The translations under genes were made by a program, and so were the position numbers. From contig PAHY01000054.1 in assembly GCA_002705055.1 (NCBI GenBank), forward strand, positions 150 to 64,149: a stretch of 64,000 bases of DNA, given 5' to 3'. Position 1 is the first letter of the stretch. Every line of letters starts with the position of its first letter. Below, in pieces: positions 9,363-17,088 of this stretch. The notes beneath the pieces are model-generated. The model saw only the letters and a list, made by a program, of their open reading frames with translations, searched no databases and was not told where the DNA came from. Source of the DNA: Planctomycetota bacterium (GTDB lineage: Bacteria; Planctomycetota; UBA1135).

Positions 9363-10316
9363 ATGCCGCGCTGGGCCTCGTTTCTGATCCTGTTGGCACT
9401 GGCATCGTGCGGGAAGTCCGAGCCCGCCGAGCCGGCTTCCCTGCGTGACGCCGTGGCCGTCGGCGCACCGCCGCTCGCCGCATGGGCGAGCCTCCTGCTG
9501 CACGAGACACCGATCGAAGTCGAGCCGCTCTATGCGGACGAGGGCCCGACCGGAAGCACCACGCCACCGCGCGCGCGCCTCGCCGCCGCGCGAACAGCCA
9601 AGCTGGTCGTCCTGTTCGGGCCCAGCTTCGAGAAGTGGGCGCGCCAGGCGGCACTGCCGTCGACGCGCACCGTCCAGCTGGGCGAAGGCCTGCGGGATCG
9701 GCTGCTGGAAGTCGAGGAACGCACCCACGCGCACGGCGCACAGGGCGAACACACTCACAAGGGGGTGGATGGTCGGAGCTGGTTGGATCCGGCGCTGGCG
9801 CGCGAGCAGGCGCGGCGCCTCGCGACCGAACTCTGTGCGCGCTTTCCCGAACACGCCGCATCGATCACGCTGCAGGCCGCGGAGCTGGAACAGCGGCTCA
9901 GTCAGCTGGAGGCGGCGCTGGCCGATCATCGCGAGGCCCTCGCGGCCGAGACGGTCCTGGTCCAGCATGGCCATGGCTTGGCCTACCTCGCGCGCATTTG
10001 GGGCGGCCCGACTCAGGAGCTCGAGCTCGACCTCGACCAGAAGCTTGGCACTTCCGACTGGAATCGGGTGCGGGCGGCCATCACCGGGGCGGGGGGCCTG
10101 CTGCTGCTGTCCGACGAGCCCGCGGCCGCGCTGCGCGCGCAGCTCGAAACGGAGCTCAAGCTGCAGCTCGTCGTGATTCCGACCGGCGAAGGCGCGATCG
10201 ATCCGGCCGCCGTCGAGGGCTTGCGCTTCGGCGCCTGGTGGCAGCGGCAGGCGGGCTTGACTCAGGCCCTGCCGGACGCGGTGGAAGCGTTGCTTGCTTC
10301 CCGCGCCGGGGAATAA
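9363..10316 (+). CDS. ZnuA/TroA-like metal-binding lipoprotein (divergent)
   Basis: Lipobox LALASC. A His-rich loop HAHGAQGEHTH (9726-9758) sits immediately before SWLDP, the same arrangement as the ZnuA loop before the HLWLSP motif. A later HGHGLAYL motif is present. Two canonical His positions look substituted. Confidence 0.65.
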   Translation: MPRWASFLILLALASCGKSEPAEPASLRDAVAVGAPPLAAWASLLLHETPIEVEPLYADEGPTGSTTPPRARLAAARTAKLVVLFGPSFEKWARQAALPSTRTVQLGEGLRDRLLEVEERTHAHGAQGEHTHKGVDGRSWLDPALAREQARRLATELCARFPEHAASITLQAAELEQRLSQLEAALADHREALAAETVLVQHGHGLAYLARIWGGPTQELELDLDQKLGTSDWNRVRAAITGAGGLLLLSDEPAAALRAQLETELKLQLVVIPTGEGAIDPAAVEGLRFGAWWQRQAGLTQALPDAVEALLASRAGE

Positions 10317-10323
10317 TGGGGCC

Positions 10324-12504
10324 ATGAGCCTCGCGATCGCTCTCGCCCTCAGCTGCGCCGCACAGCAACTTCCGGAAGTCATCCTGCGCGAGGATGACAC
10401 GCGGATCACGCAGTCCTGCCGCATCACGATTCCTCCGGGGCAGGTCATTTCCGACGCGGATGGCGACGGTGTGCTGCACATCGAAGGCGACCATCTGAAG
10501 ATCGTGTTCAGCCCGGGCTCGGTGCTGCGCGGCGCGCCGGCGGGGACGCCCGAGGACCAGCTGAAGGGGATCGGCGTGCGCGCCGATCACTGTCGCGATC
10601 TGGTCATCGAAGGCCTGCACGTCGAGGGCTTCCATTGCGGCGCCTACCTGACCCATGTCGACGGGCTGCGCCTGCAGGGCGCCGAGTTTCAACGCAACTT
10701 CCGCCAGCGGCTGAAGTCGACCCCGCAGGCGGAGGACGGCTCGGATTGGCTGTGGCCGCACGACAACGACGAAGAGCAGTGGCGGCGTAACTACGGTGCG
10801 GCGCTCTACGTGGCGCGCAGTCGCGACGTCGAGATCAGCGAGGTCTACGTCCGCGAGCAGCAAAACGGGATCATCCTCGACCGGGTGGATCACAGCCGGA
10901 TCTACGACAACGACTGCTCCTTCTTGTCGGGCTGGGGTTTGGCGATGTGGCGCAGCAACCACAACGTGATCTCGCGCAATGCCTTCGACTTCTGTGTGCG
11001 CGGTTACAGCCACGGGGTTTACAACCGCGGCCAGGATTCCGCCGGCATCCTGATGTTCGAGCAGTGCTCCAACAACACCTTCATCGAGAACTCCGCGACC
11101 CACGGGGGGGATGGCTTCTTCTCCTTCGCTGGTAAGGAGGCGCTCGGCGAAGCGGCGAATATGCCGCATGACTTCCGGCATCAGCGCGCCGGCTGCAATG
11201 ACAACTTGTTCGTCGGCAATGACTTCTCCTATGCGCCGGCGCACGGTCTTGAGATCACCTTCAGCTTCGGCAATCGCATGCTCAACAATCGCTTTGTCGG
11301 CAACGCGATCTGCGGGATCTGGGGTGGTTTCAGCCAGGACACGCTGATCGAAGGCAACTACTTCGAGGCCAACGGAGACTCCGGGTACGGGCTCGAGCGC
11401 GGCGGGGTCAACATCGACCGCAGTCGCAACAACCGCGTGCTCGGTAACGAGTTCGTCGGCAATGCCTGCGGGGTTCATTTCTGGTCGCTCCCGACCGGCT
11501 TCCTCGAGAAGCCATGGGGGCAGGCCAATGATCTGCGCGCCTTGGGCAATCAGCTCGCTGGCAACCGCTTCCGCGGTGATCAGGTGGCGGTTCATTTGCG
11601 CGGCGAAGTCGGGCTCGAGATGTGGAACAACCAGGGGCTGCCCAGCGTGGCCGAGCCGCTGCGGATCGAGGGCGAGGCCCAGGTGAGCTGGCCGCGTGCC
11701 GGGGTCTCGGCTGAGTTCCCGGCCTTCCAGCCGCCGGTGTTCGGCAAGAAGCGCCCGGTGGGCGCCCGCGCCGGCCTGGCCGGCCGTGAGAACATCATCA
11801 TGACCGAGTGGGGCCCGTGGGATCACCGCACGCCGCTGGTGCGCCTGGTCGAGCGTGACGGCGATCGCCACCTCTACCGCATCGAGCCGCCGGGCACGGT
11901 GGCTCGCATTTTGGCGGCCGCGCCGCGCGGGACCGGCCGGGTCTACGGCGAGGCCGGCAGCGGCTATCTCGAAGTGCGCGCACCGGGCCCGGGGCAGTTC
12001 CGCTACAGCATCGACCTCGATGTGGGCGGCGCGCGCCGCACCGTCGCGGGCGAGATGCTGGTGGCCGATTGGGAGGTGCGTTGGTTCACCTCCCCGGTGG
12101 ATCCCCGCGAGGACCTCGGAACCTGGCGCGCAGCCGCTGACGAGGACGAGGTGGTGGTCGCGCAGCTCAGCGAGCTGCGCCTTCCCTACGCGATGGGCGG
12201 GCCGGCCGATCTGCCGCAGAATGCCGAGCGCGCCGGGCTGCCGGGCAGCGATGCCTTTGGCACGATCGCCACGACCCGACTGCCGCTCGAGCCTGGCCGC
12301 TGGAAGCTGTGGACCAACAGCGACGATGGCATTCGGGTGTTTGTCGACGGCCAGGCCGTGATCGACAACTGGACCTGGCACGCGCCTACGCGCGATGAGG
12401 GCACCTTCGAGCTGGACGCGGCCAAGACGGTCGAAATCCGCGTCGAGCACTTCGAGCTGAATGGCTACGCCATCCTCGAGCTGGGCCTCGAGCCTGTGCG
12501 TTAG
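10324..12504 (+). CDS. secreted right-handed beta-helix (PbH1 repeat) protein with C-terminal PA14 domain
   Basis: Start moved to ATG 10324 (MSLAIALALSCAAQQ). Repeated N-x-(I/F)-x-x-N motifs (NVISRNAF, NTFIENSA, NLFVGNDF, NRMLNNRF, TLIEGNYF, NRVLGNEF). PA14-like tail: WKLWTNSDDGIRVFVDGQAVIDNW...VEIRVEHFELNGYAILELG. Confidence 0.8.
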   Translation: MSLAIALALSCAAQQLPEVILREDDTRITQSCRITIPPGQVISDADGDGVLHIEGDHLKIVFSPGSVLRGAPAGTPEDQLKGIGVRADHCRDLVIEGLHVEGFHCGAYLTHVDGLRLQGAEFQRNFRQRLKSTPQAEDGSDWLWPHDNDEEQWRRNYGAALYVARSRDVEISEVYVREQQNGIILDRVDHSRIYDNDCSFLSGWGLAMWRSNHNVISRNAFDFCVRGYSHGVYNRGQDSAGILMFEQCSNNTFIENSATHGGDGFFSFAGKEALGEAANMPHDFRHQRAGCNDNLFVGNDFSYAPAHGLEITFSFGNRMLNNRFVGNAICGIWGGFSQDTLIEGNYFEANGDSGYGLERGGVNIDRSRNNRVLGNEFVGNACGVHFWSLPTGFLEKPWGQANDLRALGNQLAGNRFRGDQVAVHLRGEVGLEMWNNQGLPSVAEPLRIEGEAQVSWPRAGVSAEFPAFQPPVFGKKRPVGARAGLAGRENIIMTEWGPWDHRTPLVRLVERDGDRHLYRIEPPGTVARILAAAPRGTGRVYGEAGSGYLEVRAPGPGQFRYSIDLDVGGARRTVAGEMLVADWEVRWFTSPVDPREDLGTWRAAADEDEVVVAQLSELRLPYAMGGPADLPQNAERAGLPGSDAFGTIATTRLPLEPGRWKLWTNSDDGIRVFVDGQAVIDNWTWHAPTRDEGTFELDAAKTVEIRVEHFELNGYAILELGLEPVR

Positions 12505-13367
12505 GAAGCGGAGCTCGCCTGCTCGCCCTGGCCGCCGGCTGCATCGCCGGCGCCGGCCTGGGTGCGCAGCCAGCGGGTGACGCTGCGCAGCACTTCCGGG
12601 CCAAAGACCTCATTGAACACCTCGTGGCGGCCCTCGGGCCAGAGGTGCAGCTCGTGCTCGCCGCCCCACTGGTCGACGAACTGGCGCATGGACTCGATCG
12701 AGACGATGCGATCCTGCGCGCCGGCGTGCACCTGGAGGGGGATCCGATAGCTGGTCGCGTGCGCGCGCACGCGCAGCAGCGCCGCGCGCATCTCGGTGTA
12801 CCAGCGCGGCGTGACCCGATTGAAGTTGAGCGGATCCTCCTGGTAGCGCCGCTGCACATCCAGATTGCCGCAGACCTCGGCGGGATCAATCTCGTTGGCG
12901 AGCTGCAGGCCGGGAGCCAGGCGCGACAGGACCCCCGCCAGGCTGGTCTTCCAGCGCGGCGCTTCGACCGCGACGCCGAGCAGGGGCCCTGAGAGCGCCA
13001 CGGCGCGCACGCGCTGGTCGGTGCGCAGGAAGTCGAGCGCGACCAGCGCACCCATGGAGTGCGCGGTCAGGAAGAGTGGGTCGGGCAGGCGCTCGGCCGC
13101 CGCATGCACGTCGTCGACGTAATCCTGCCAGCGCAGCACGTGGCCGCGTCGGCCCGCCGACAAGCCGTGCCCGCGCAGGTCGATGCCACCGACTTCGAAG
13201 CCGGCCTCGAGGAGGGCCTGCGCGACGTGGGGATAGCGCTGCAGATGTTCCCCGACGCCATGCACGAGCAGCACGCTGCCCAGGCGTGGGCCGTGCAGCG
13301 GCCAGTGGTGCCAGGCGAGCTCGGTTCCGTCGCGGGAGCGGAGGCGCTCGTGCGGCGATGCGCTCAC
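12501..13367 (-). CDS. alpha/beta hydrolase (lysophospholipase / monoacylglycerol lipase-like)
   Basis: HGVGEH...GGIDLRGHGLS...nucleophile elbow AHSMGA. Its stop overlaps the convergent PA14 gene stop (TTAG at 12501-12504). Confidence 0.85.
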   Translation of the reverse strand: MSASPHERLRSRDGTELAWHHWPLHGPRLGSVLLVHGVGEHLQRYPHVAQALLEAGFEVGGIDLRGHGLSAGRRGHVLRWQDYVDDVHAAAERLPDPLFLTAHSMGALVALDFLRTDQRVRAVALSGPLLGVAVEAPRWKTSLAGVLSRLAPGLQLANEIDPAEVCGNLDVQRRYQEDPLNFNRVTPRWYTEMRAALLRVRAHATSYRIPLQVHAGAQDRIVSIESMRQFVDQWGGEHELHLWPEGRHEVFNEVFGPEVLRSVTRWLRTQAGAGDAAGGQGEQASSAS

Positions 13368-13816
13368 GCGTCCGCGGGCCGGCGCGCGGCCAGGGCCACC
13401 CAGGCAGTGCCCACGATGAGCGCTCCGTTGAACAGAATCTTCTGCCAGATCACGACCGTGCCCGAGCCGCAGCCGCAGTCAAAGGCCAGCTCGAGGAAGG
13501 GCGTTCCTTCTGCGCCCATGACCTGAAAGGAGCGCACCAGGATCGCGGCAGTGAACACAGCCAGGACCAGCGCGGACAGCGCGGCCGCGCCGCGGCGCAG
13601 GGGCCCGGCCGCCATCGCGAGGCCGCACAGAATCTCGAGCCAGGGCAGCGTGATCGCGCTGAGGTTGAGCAGCCACGGCGGCTGGGTGGGCAGGATGCCG
13701 TAGGCGTGGATGCTCTTCAGGAAGTCCGAAGGCTCGCCCAGCTTCTGGACGCCATAGACGATCAGAATGATCCCCAGCGCCAGAGCCAGCAGCTTCAGGA
13801 GACGCTCGCGGGTCAT
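13364..13816 (-). CDS. MauE/DoxX-family membrane protein
   Basis: Start moved to the internal ATG (13814-13816), which removes an Arg-rich extension. About four TM helices with a CGCGSG motif. ATGA overlaps on both sides. Confidence 0.7.
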   Translation of the reverse strand: MTRERLLKLLALALGIILIVYGVQKLGEPSDFLKSIHAYGILPTQPPWLLNLSAITLPWLEILCGLAMAAGPLRRGAAALSALVLAVFTAAILVRSFQVMGAEGTPFLELAFDCGCGSGTVVIWQKILFNGALIVGTAWVALAARRPADA

Positions 13817-14400
13817 TCGGAGTCCCCTCCGGGATCGGCGCCTTCGACCACGGCGCCGCCGGCCTCGACCCACTCCTCGTAGCCGCCTTCGTAGATGGCC
13901 AGAAGCTCCTGGGGCAGGGCGTACTGGAAGACCAGGTCGGTGGCGAGCTGGATCGAGTCCTCGCAGTCGCCGCCGGCGCAGTAGATCACGACGACGTCGG
14001 CGGCGCGCAGCTCGTCGAGCAGGCCGGGCAGGTACTCGTCCTGACGGTAGTGGTGGCAGAGCCGGGCGCCCGGAATGTGGCCCGCCTCGTAGAGCTTTCT
14101 GCTGCGCGCGTCGAGGAAGACCACGCCGTCGCGTGCGGCGGCGTAGGGCTGATAGGCCTGGGCGTCCTCGAGCTGGAAGGCCTGGAAGCCGTGCTGCGGC
14201 TTGCTCGAGGAGCCCTCTTGGTTCTGAGCGGCCCCGGCGTTCTCTTCTGCCTGCTGGGCGGCCCGCGTCGAGGCGGGGAAGTAGTCCTTGCCCAGATCGA
14301 GGCCGCTCGTTCCGCGGGCGGTGTTGACCAGCAGGGCCACCCCCAGGCTTGCGACGGCAAGGAGCAGGACTTCGGCGATCAGGGGGCGTGAGGAACTCAT
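13813..14400 (-). CDS. membrane-anchored rhodanese-domain sulfurtransferase
   Basis: Start moved to the ATG at 14398-14400 (MSSSRPLIAEVLLLAVASLGVALLV, a TM anchor). Rhodanese core: VVFLDARSRKLYEAGHIPGA...VVVIYCAGGDCEDS, with the active-site Cys loop. Confidence 0.8.
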   Translation of the reverse strand: MSSSRPLIAEVLLLAVASLGVALLVNTARGTSGLDLGKDYFPASTRAAQQAEENAGAAQNQEGSSSKPQHGFQAFQLEDAQAYQPYAAARDGVVFLDARSRKLYEAGHIPGARLCHHYRQDEYLPGLLDELRAADVVVIYCAGGDCEDSIQLATDLVFQYALPQELLAIYEGGYEEWVEAGGAVVEGADPGGDSE

Positions 14401-14438
14401 CCCAGGTGGAACGCGAGCAGGCTCGGCTCGTTGCGAGT

Positions 14439-15152
14439 TTATCCCGAGAAGCGGTCGTTCGCCCAGGGACGCGCGCGATTCGAGTAGCCGCGCAGTTCCC
14501 AGAAGCCGAGCTGCTCCTCGGTGAGGAACTCGACCTTCCGGATCCACTTGGCTCCTTTCCAGGCGTAGAGGCGCGGCGTGATCATCCGCACCGGCCCGCC
14601 GTGCTCGCGCGGCAGCGGCTCGCCGTTCCAGGAGTGCACCAGCAGGACGTCCGGGCTGAGCGCGTCTTCGAGGCGCAGATTGGTCGTGTAGGGGATCCCG
14701 CTGCGTGGATCGTGATCGTAGGCCGTTACCAGCAGGAAGCGGGCGTCCTCGTGGGGCTGGGCCTCGGCCACCAGATCCGCGAAGCGGACGCCAGCCCAGT
14801 GGCTGTCGAGCAGCGACCAGGTGGTGACGCAGTGAAAGTCGCTCTGCTCTTCGATCTGCGGGTACTGCAGGAGCTGGGTGAAGTCCAGGCGGAGGGGATG
14901 CTCGCAGGCGCCCTCGAGGCGCAGCTCCCAGTCCTCGCGAGGGATCTCGGGCTGGTGACCGAGGTCGAGGACCGGCCACTTCTTGACCACGTGCTGGCCG
15001 ACGGGGACCTGGGGCTGACCGTGCCGATTGGCGGGCCCGGTGCCCTGATCGCCGGCTACCGCGGGGTCGCCGAGCTGGCCGAGCTCCTCGCGGCGGCGCT
15101 CGATCCAGCGCAGTCTGGCTTCGACCTTGGACTCGTCAGCTCCGGGGCACAT
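14439..15152 (-). CDS. sulfite-oxidase-family molybdopterin oxidoreductase (YedY/MsrP-like)
   Basis: FHCVTTWSLLDSHWAGVRFADLV and GEPLPREHGGPVRMI match the Oxidored_molyb domain. I prefer the ATG at 15150-15152 because the track start (15182) lies in the U-tract of the neighbouring terminator. Confidence 0.8.
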   Translation of the reverse strand: MCPGADESKVEARLRWIERRREELGQLGDPAVAGDQGTGPANRHGQPQVPVGQHVVKKWPVLDLGHQPEIPREDWELRLEGACEHPLRLDFTQLLQYPQIEEQSDFHCVTTWSLLDSHWAGVRFADLVAEAQPHEDARFLLVTAYDHDPRSGIPYTTNLRLEDALSPDVLLVHSWNGEPLPREHGGPVRMITPRLYAWKGAKWIRKVEFLTEEQLGFWELRGYSNRARPWANDRFSG

Positions 15153-15180
15153 GGCAGGAGCATAAGTCGGATAGGGGGAC

Positions 15181-15216
15181 AAAAAAAGAGAGTTCCCCGC
15201 CAGGGGCGGGGAACTC
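15181..15216 (-). terminator. intrinsic terminator of the 15239-16345 gene
   Basis: A perfect 11-bp stem GAGTTCCCCGC / GCGGGGAACTC (15190-15200 / 15206-15216) with a 5-nt loop. On the minus strand it is followed by TCTTTTTTT (15181-15189). Confidence 0.85.
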
Positions 15217-15238
15217 GATTCGAAGGTCTGCTACTTCT

Positions 15239-16345
15239 TTAGAAGATGAAGTGAGCGAGGCCGTTCGACATGGCGGTCGGAGCACCACCAGCGCCCGTGG
15301 CGGCCTGGGTGTACCAGGTCTTGCCACCACCAGCACCCGCCGGGACGGTCAGGGTGTGGGTACCAGTCGCACTCACGCTGGTGAAGCGACGGCTGTTGTA
15401 GTTGGCGAGCATGTGCGCGTCGATACCGAACGAGCCGGAGAGGTCGACGTCAACCGCGGAGGCCGAAGCCCACAGGGTCGAAGCGACGGCCGAGCCGAAC
15501 GGGCCACTCAGGACGGTAAAGTTGACGGTCGAGCCGACTTGGGCCGAGACATCAGTACCGAGGATGAGGCTATCGTCAGCACCCGGGCCACCGGCGCTCG
15601 AGAACGAGGTGGTTTCCACGGCGTTGCCGTAGAACTCGGTCGCGAAGCCAGCGTGCGGAGCACCACCGAACCAGTAGCAGCCAAGGAAGGCGTTGTTAGC
15701 GTTGTTGGCGAGGGTATCGAACCAGACGAAGCTGTTGTCGTTACCGAGGCCACCGTTCGACAGCCAGGGACCAGTGTTGCTGTTGTCCCAGATGTTGGCG
15801 AAGCCGAACAGCTTGTTACCCGAAGCATCGGTTGCCAGGTTGCACTCGAAGCCAGTCAGCTCCAGGGTGACGATCCAGCAAGCGAGGTTGCCGTTGTTGC
15901 CACCAGGCAGACCGGCGACACCGTAGGCGCAGTCGGCGGCCGGCCAGACGGCCGGACCGGCGCAACGCACGGTCTCGTCGTAGATGGTGACGATCGTGGC
16001 AATGCCGTTCGGGTTGGAGTCCGCAGAGCAATAGGTGAAGTTCATCCCATTGATCTGATCGGTGGAAGTCGAGTTGCGGTCGACAAGGACGCCCTCGTCA
16101 ATCCACTCCTGGTCGGCACCCGGAATCGAGTAGTAGCCGGTCAGGACGTTGTTGTTGTAGATGGACTCGGGGCCGAACTTGGCAGTGCTGCCGTTCGACT
16201 GAACGAGACCGGTGGAGGGGTGGTACTGGCCAGCGAACTGGGGAGTCGCGGTGACCTTGTTGACCGTCATCTGCTGCTTCTGCTGCGCAGTAGCGCCGGT
16301 GATCAGCGCGAGCGCGGCAGCGCCAGTGAGGATGTTGCGGAACAT
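15239..16345 (-). CDS. secreted protein of unknown function (Asn/Gly/Ala/Thr-rich, six Cys, C-terminal ...HFIF)
   Basis: 368 aa with signal peptide MFRNILTGAAALALITGATAQQ. SD-like AGGAGAA lies 9 nt upstream of the ATG. Codon composition is visibly less GC-biased than the neighbours. It has its own terminator and a 420-bp upstream region. Confidence 0.75.
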   Translation of the reverse strand: MFRNILTGAAALALITGATAQQKQQMTVNKVTATPQFAGQYHPSTGLVQSNGSTAKFGPESIYNNNVLTGYYSIPGADQEWIDEGVLVDRNSTSTDQINGMNFTYCSADSNPNGIATIVTIYDETVRCAGPAVWPAADCAYGVAGLPGGNNGNLACWIVTLELTGFECNLATDASGNKLFGFANIWDNSNTGPWLSNGGLGNDNSFVWFDTLANNANNAFLGCYWFGGAPHAGFATEFYGNAVETTSFSSAGGPGADDSLILGTDVSAQVGSTVNFTVLSGPFGSAVASTLWASASAVDVDLSGSFGIDAHMLANYNSRRFTSVSATGTHTLTVPAGAGGGKTWYTQAATGAGGAPTAMSNGLAHFIF

Positions 16346-16767
16346 GTGTTTCTTGTTCTCCTGGAAACCTAGGGATCGAAGGGTATCGGACGGAAGTGTC
16401 CGGTGACGCGGGAGTGGGCGGGGGGACGCCGCTTCCGCTCTATGCGTCGGTAAAAGTGATACTGCAAATCAAGGAAACGATCCATAAAAGTTGGCAGAAA
16501 TTGGCCGAAATTCGCTTCGATCGCTGATTTGGCGCGGATTCCGCAGGGAATCGGAAAAAACCGGGAACCCTCACTTTGGGACGGGCATCTAAGTGTGCCA
16601 GCTCCGGGTGGATCGCTGTAACTTGATTTTACAGAACGGTTTACGCCAGCCCTCCCAGGAAATCGCGCCAGCGCGGGGGAAGAGGCCGTTGCAAGCCCTT
16701 GCCTCATCGGCCACTCCTAGGAATCTGCTTGGGGGATTCCGCTAGGAAGTCGGATCTCCGCGGGCGG

Positions 16768-17088
16768 CTAGTAGCGCCGGATCCCGGGATCGACATCCTG
16801 GGACCAGCGATCGATCCCGCCCTGCAGGTTGATCGCCTCGCGGTGGCCCAGAGCGGCCAGCTGGGCGCACACCCGGGCGCTGCGGACCCCATGGTGGCAG
16901 TAGATCACCAGGGGCCGCTCGCTGGCGGCCAGATCCTCGGCCCACTCCTGAATCCGGGACAGCGGGAAGAGCTCCGCGCCCGCCAAATGGCAGTCCTCCC
17001 ATTCGTCCTGCTCGCGGACATCGATCAAGCGCGGGGGCGTGCTGCCGGCGAGCAGCTCCGCGACCTGGTGGGGAGGCAGTTGGTTCAT
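16768..17088 (-). CDS. single-domain rhodanese (GlpE/PspE-like sulfurtransferase)
   Basis: 106 aa. LIDVREQDEWEDCHLAGA...LVIYCHHGVRSA...LQGGIDRW. ATGA overlap with the RND pump stop. Confidence 0.85.
   Translation of the reverse strand: MNQLPPHQVAELLAGSTPPRLIDVREQDEWEDCHLAGAELFPLSRIQEWAEDLAASERPLVIYCHHGVRSARVCAQLAALGHREAINLQGGIDRWSQDVDPGIRRY

Noticed and set aside
10156-12450. 764-aa minus-strand ORF
   Set aside because: It is antisense to the beta-helix/PA14 gene, which has repeat and domain signatures.
13076-14327. Arg/Pro/Gly-rich plus-strand ORFs (13076-13882, 13767-14327)
   Set aside because: They are out-of-frame or antisense shadows of the hydrolase, MauE and rhodanese genes, with low-complexity composition.
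15153-15190. Possible leaderless promoter for the Moco oxidoreductase gene (TATGCT, 6 nt, ATG on the minus strand)
   Set aside because: The -10-like hexamer has the same geometry as at the ldt gene. However, the -35 position falls in the terminator U-run (TTTTTT) and gives no credible -35. This is too weak to report.
16440-16520. Promoter for the orphan secreted-protein gene (minus-strand TTGCAG-N17-CATAGA)
   Set aside because: Only 3 of 6 positions match in the -10 element, and several equally poor alternatives exist. I cannot place the promoter without TSS data.
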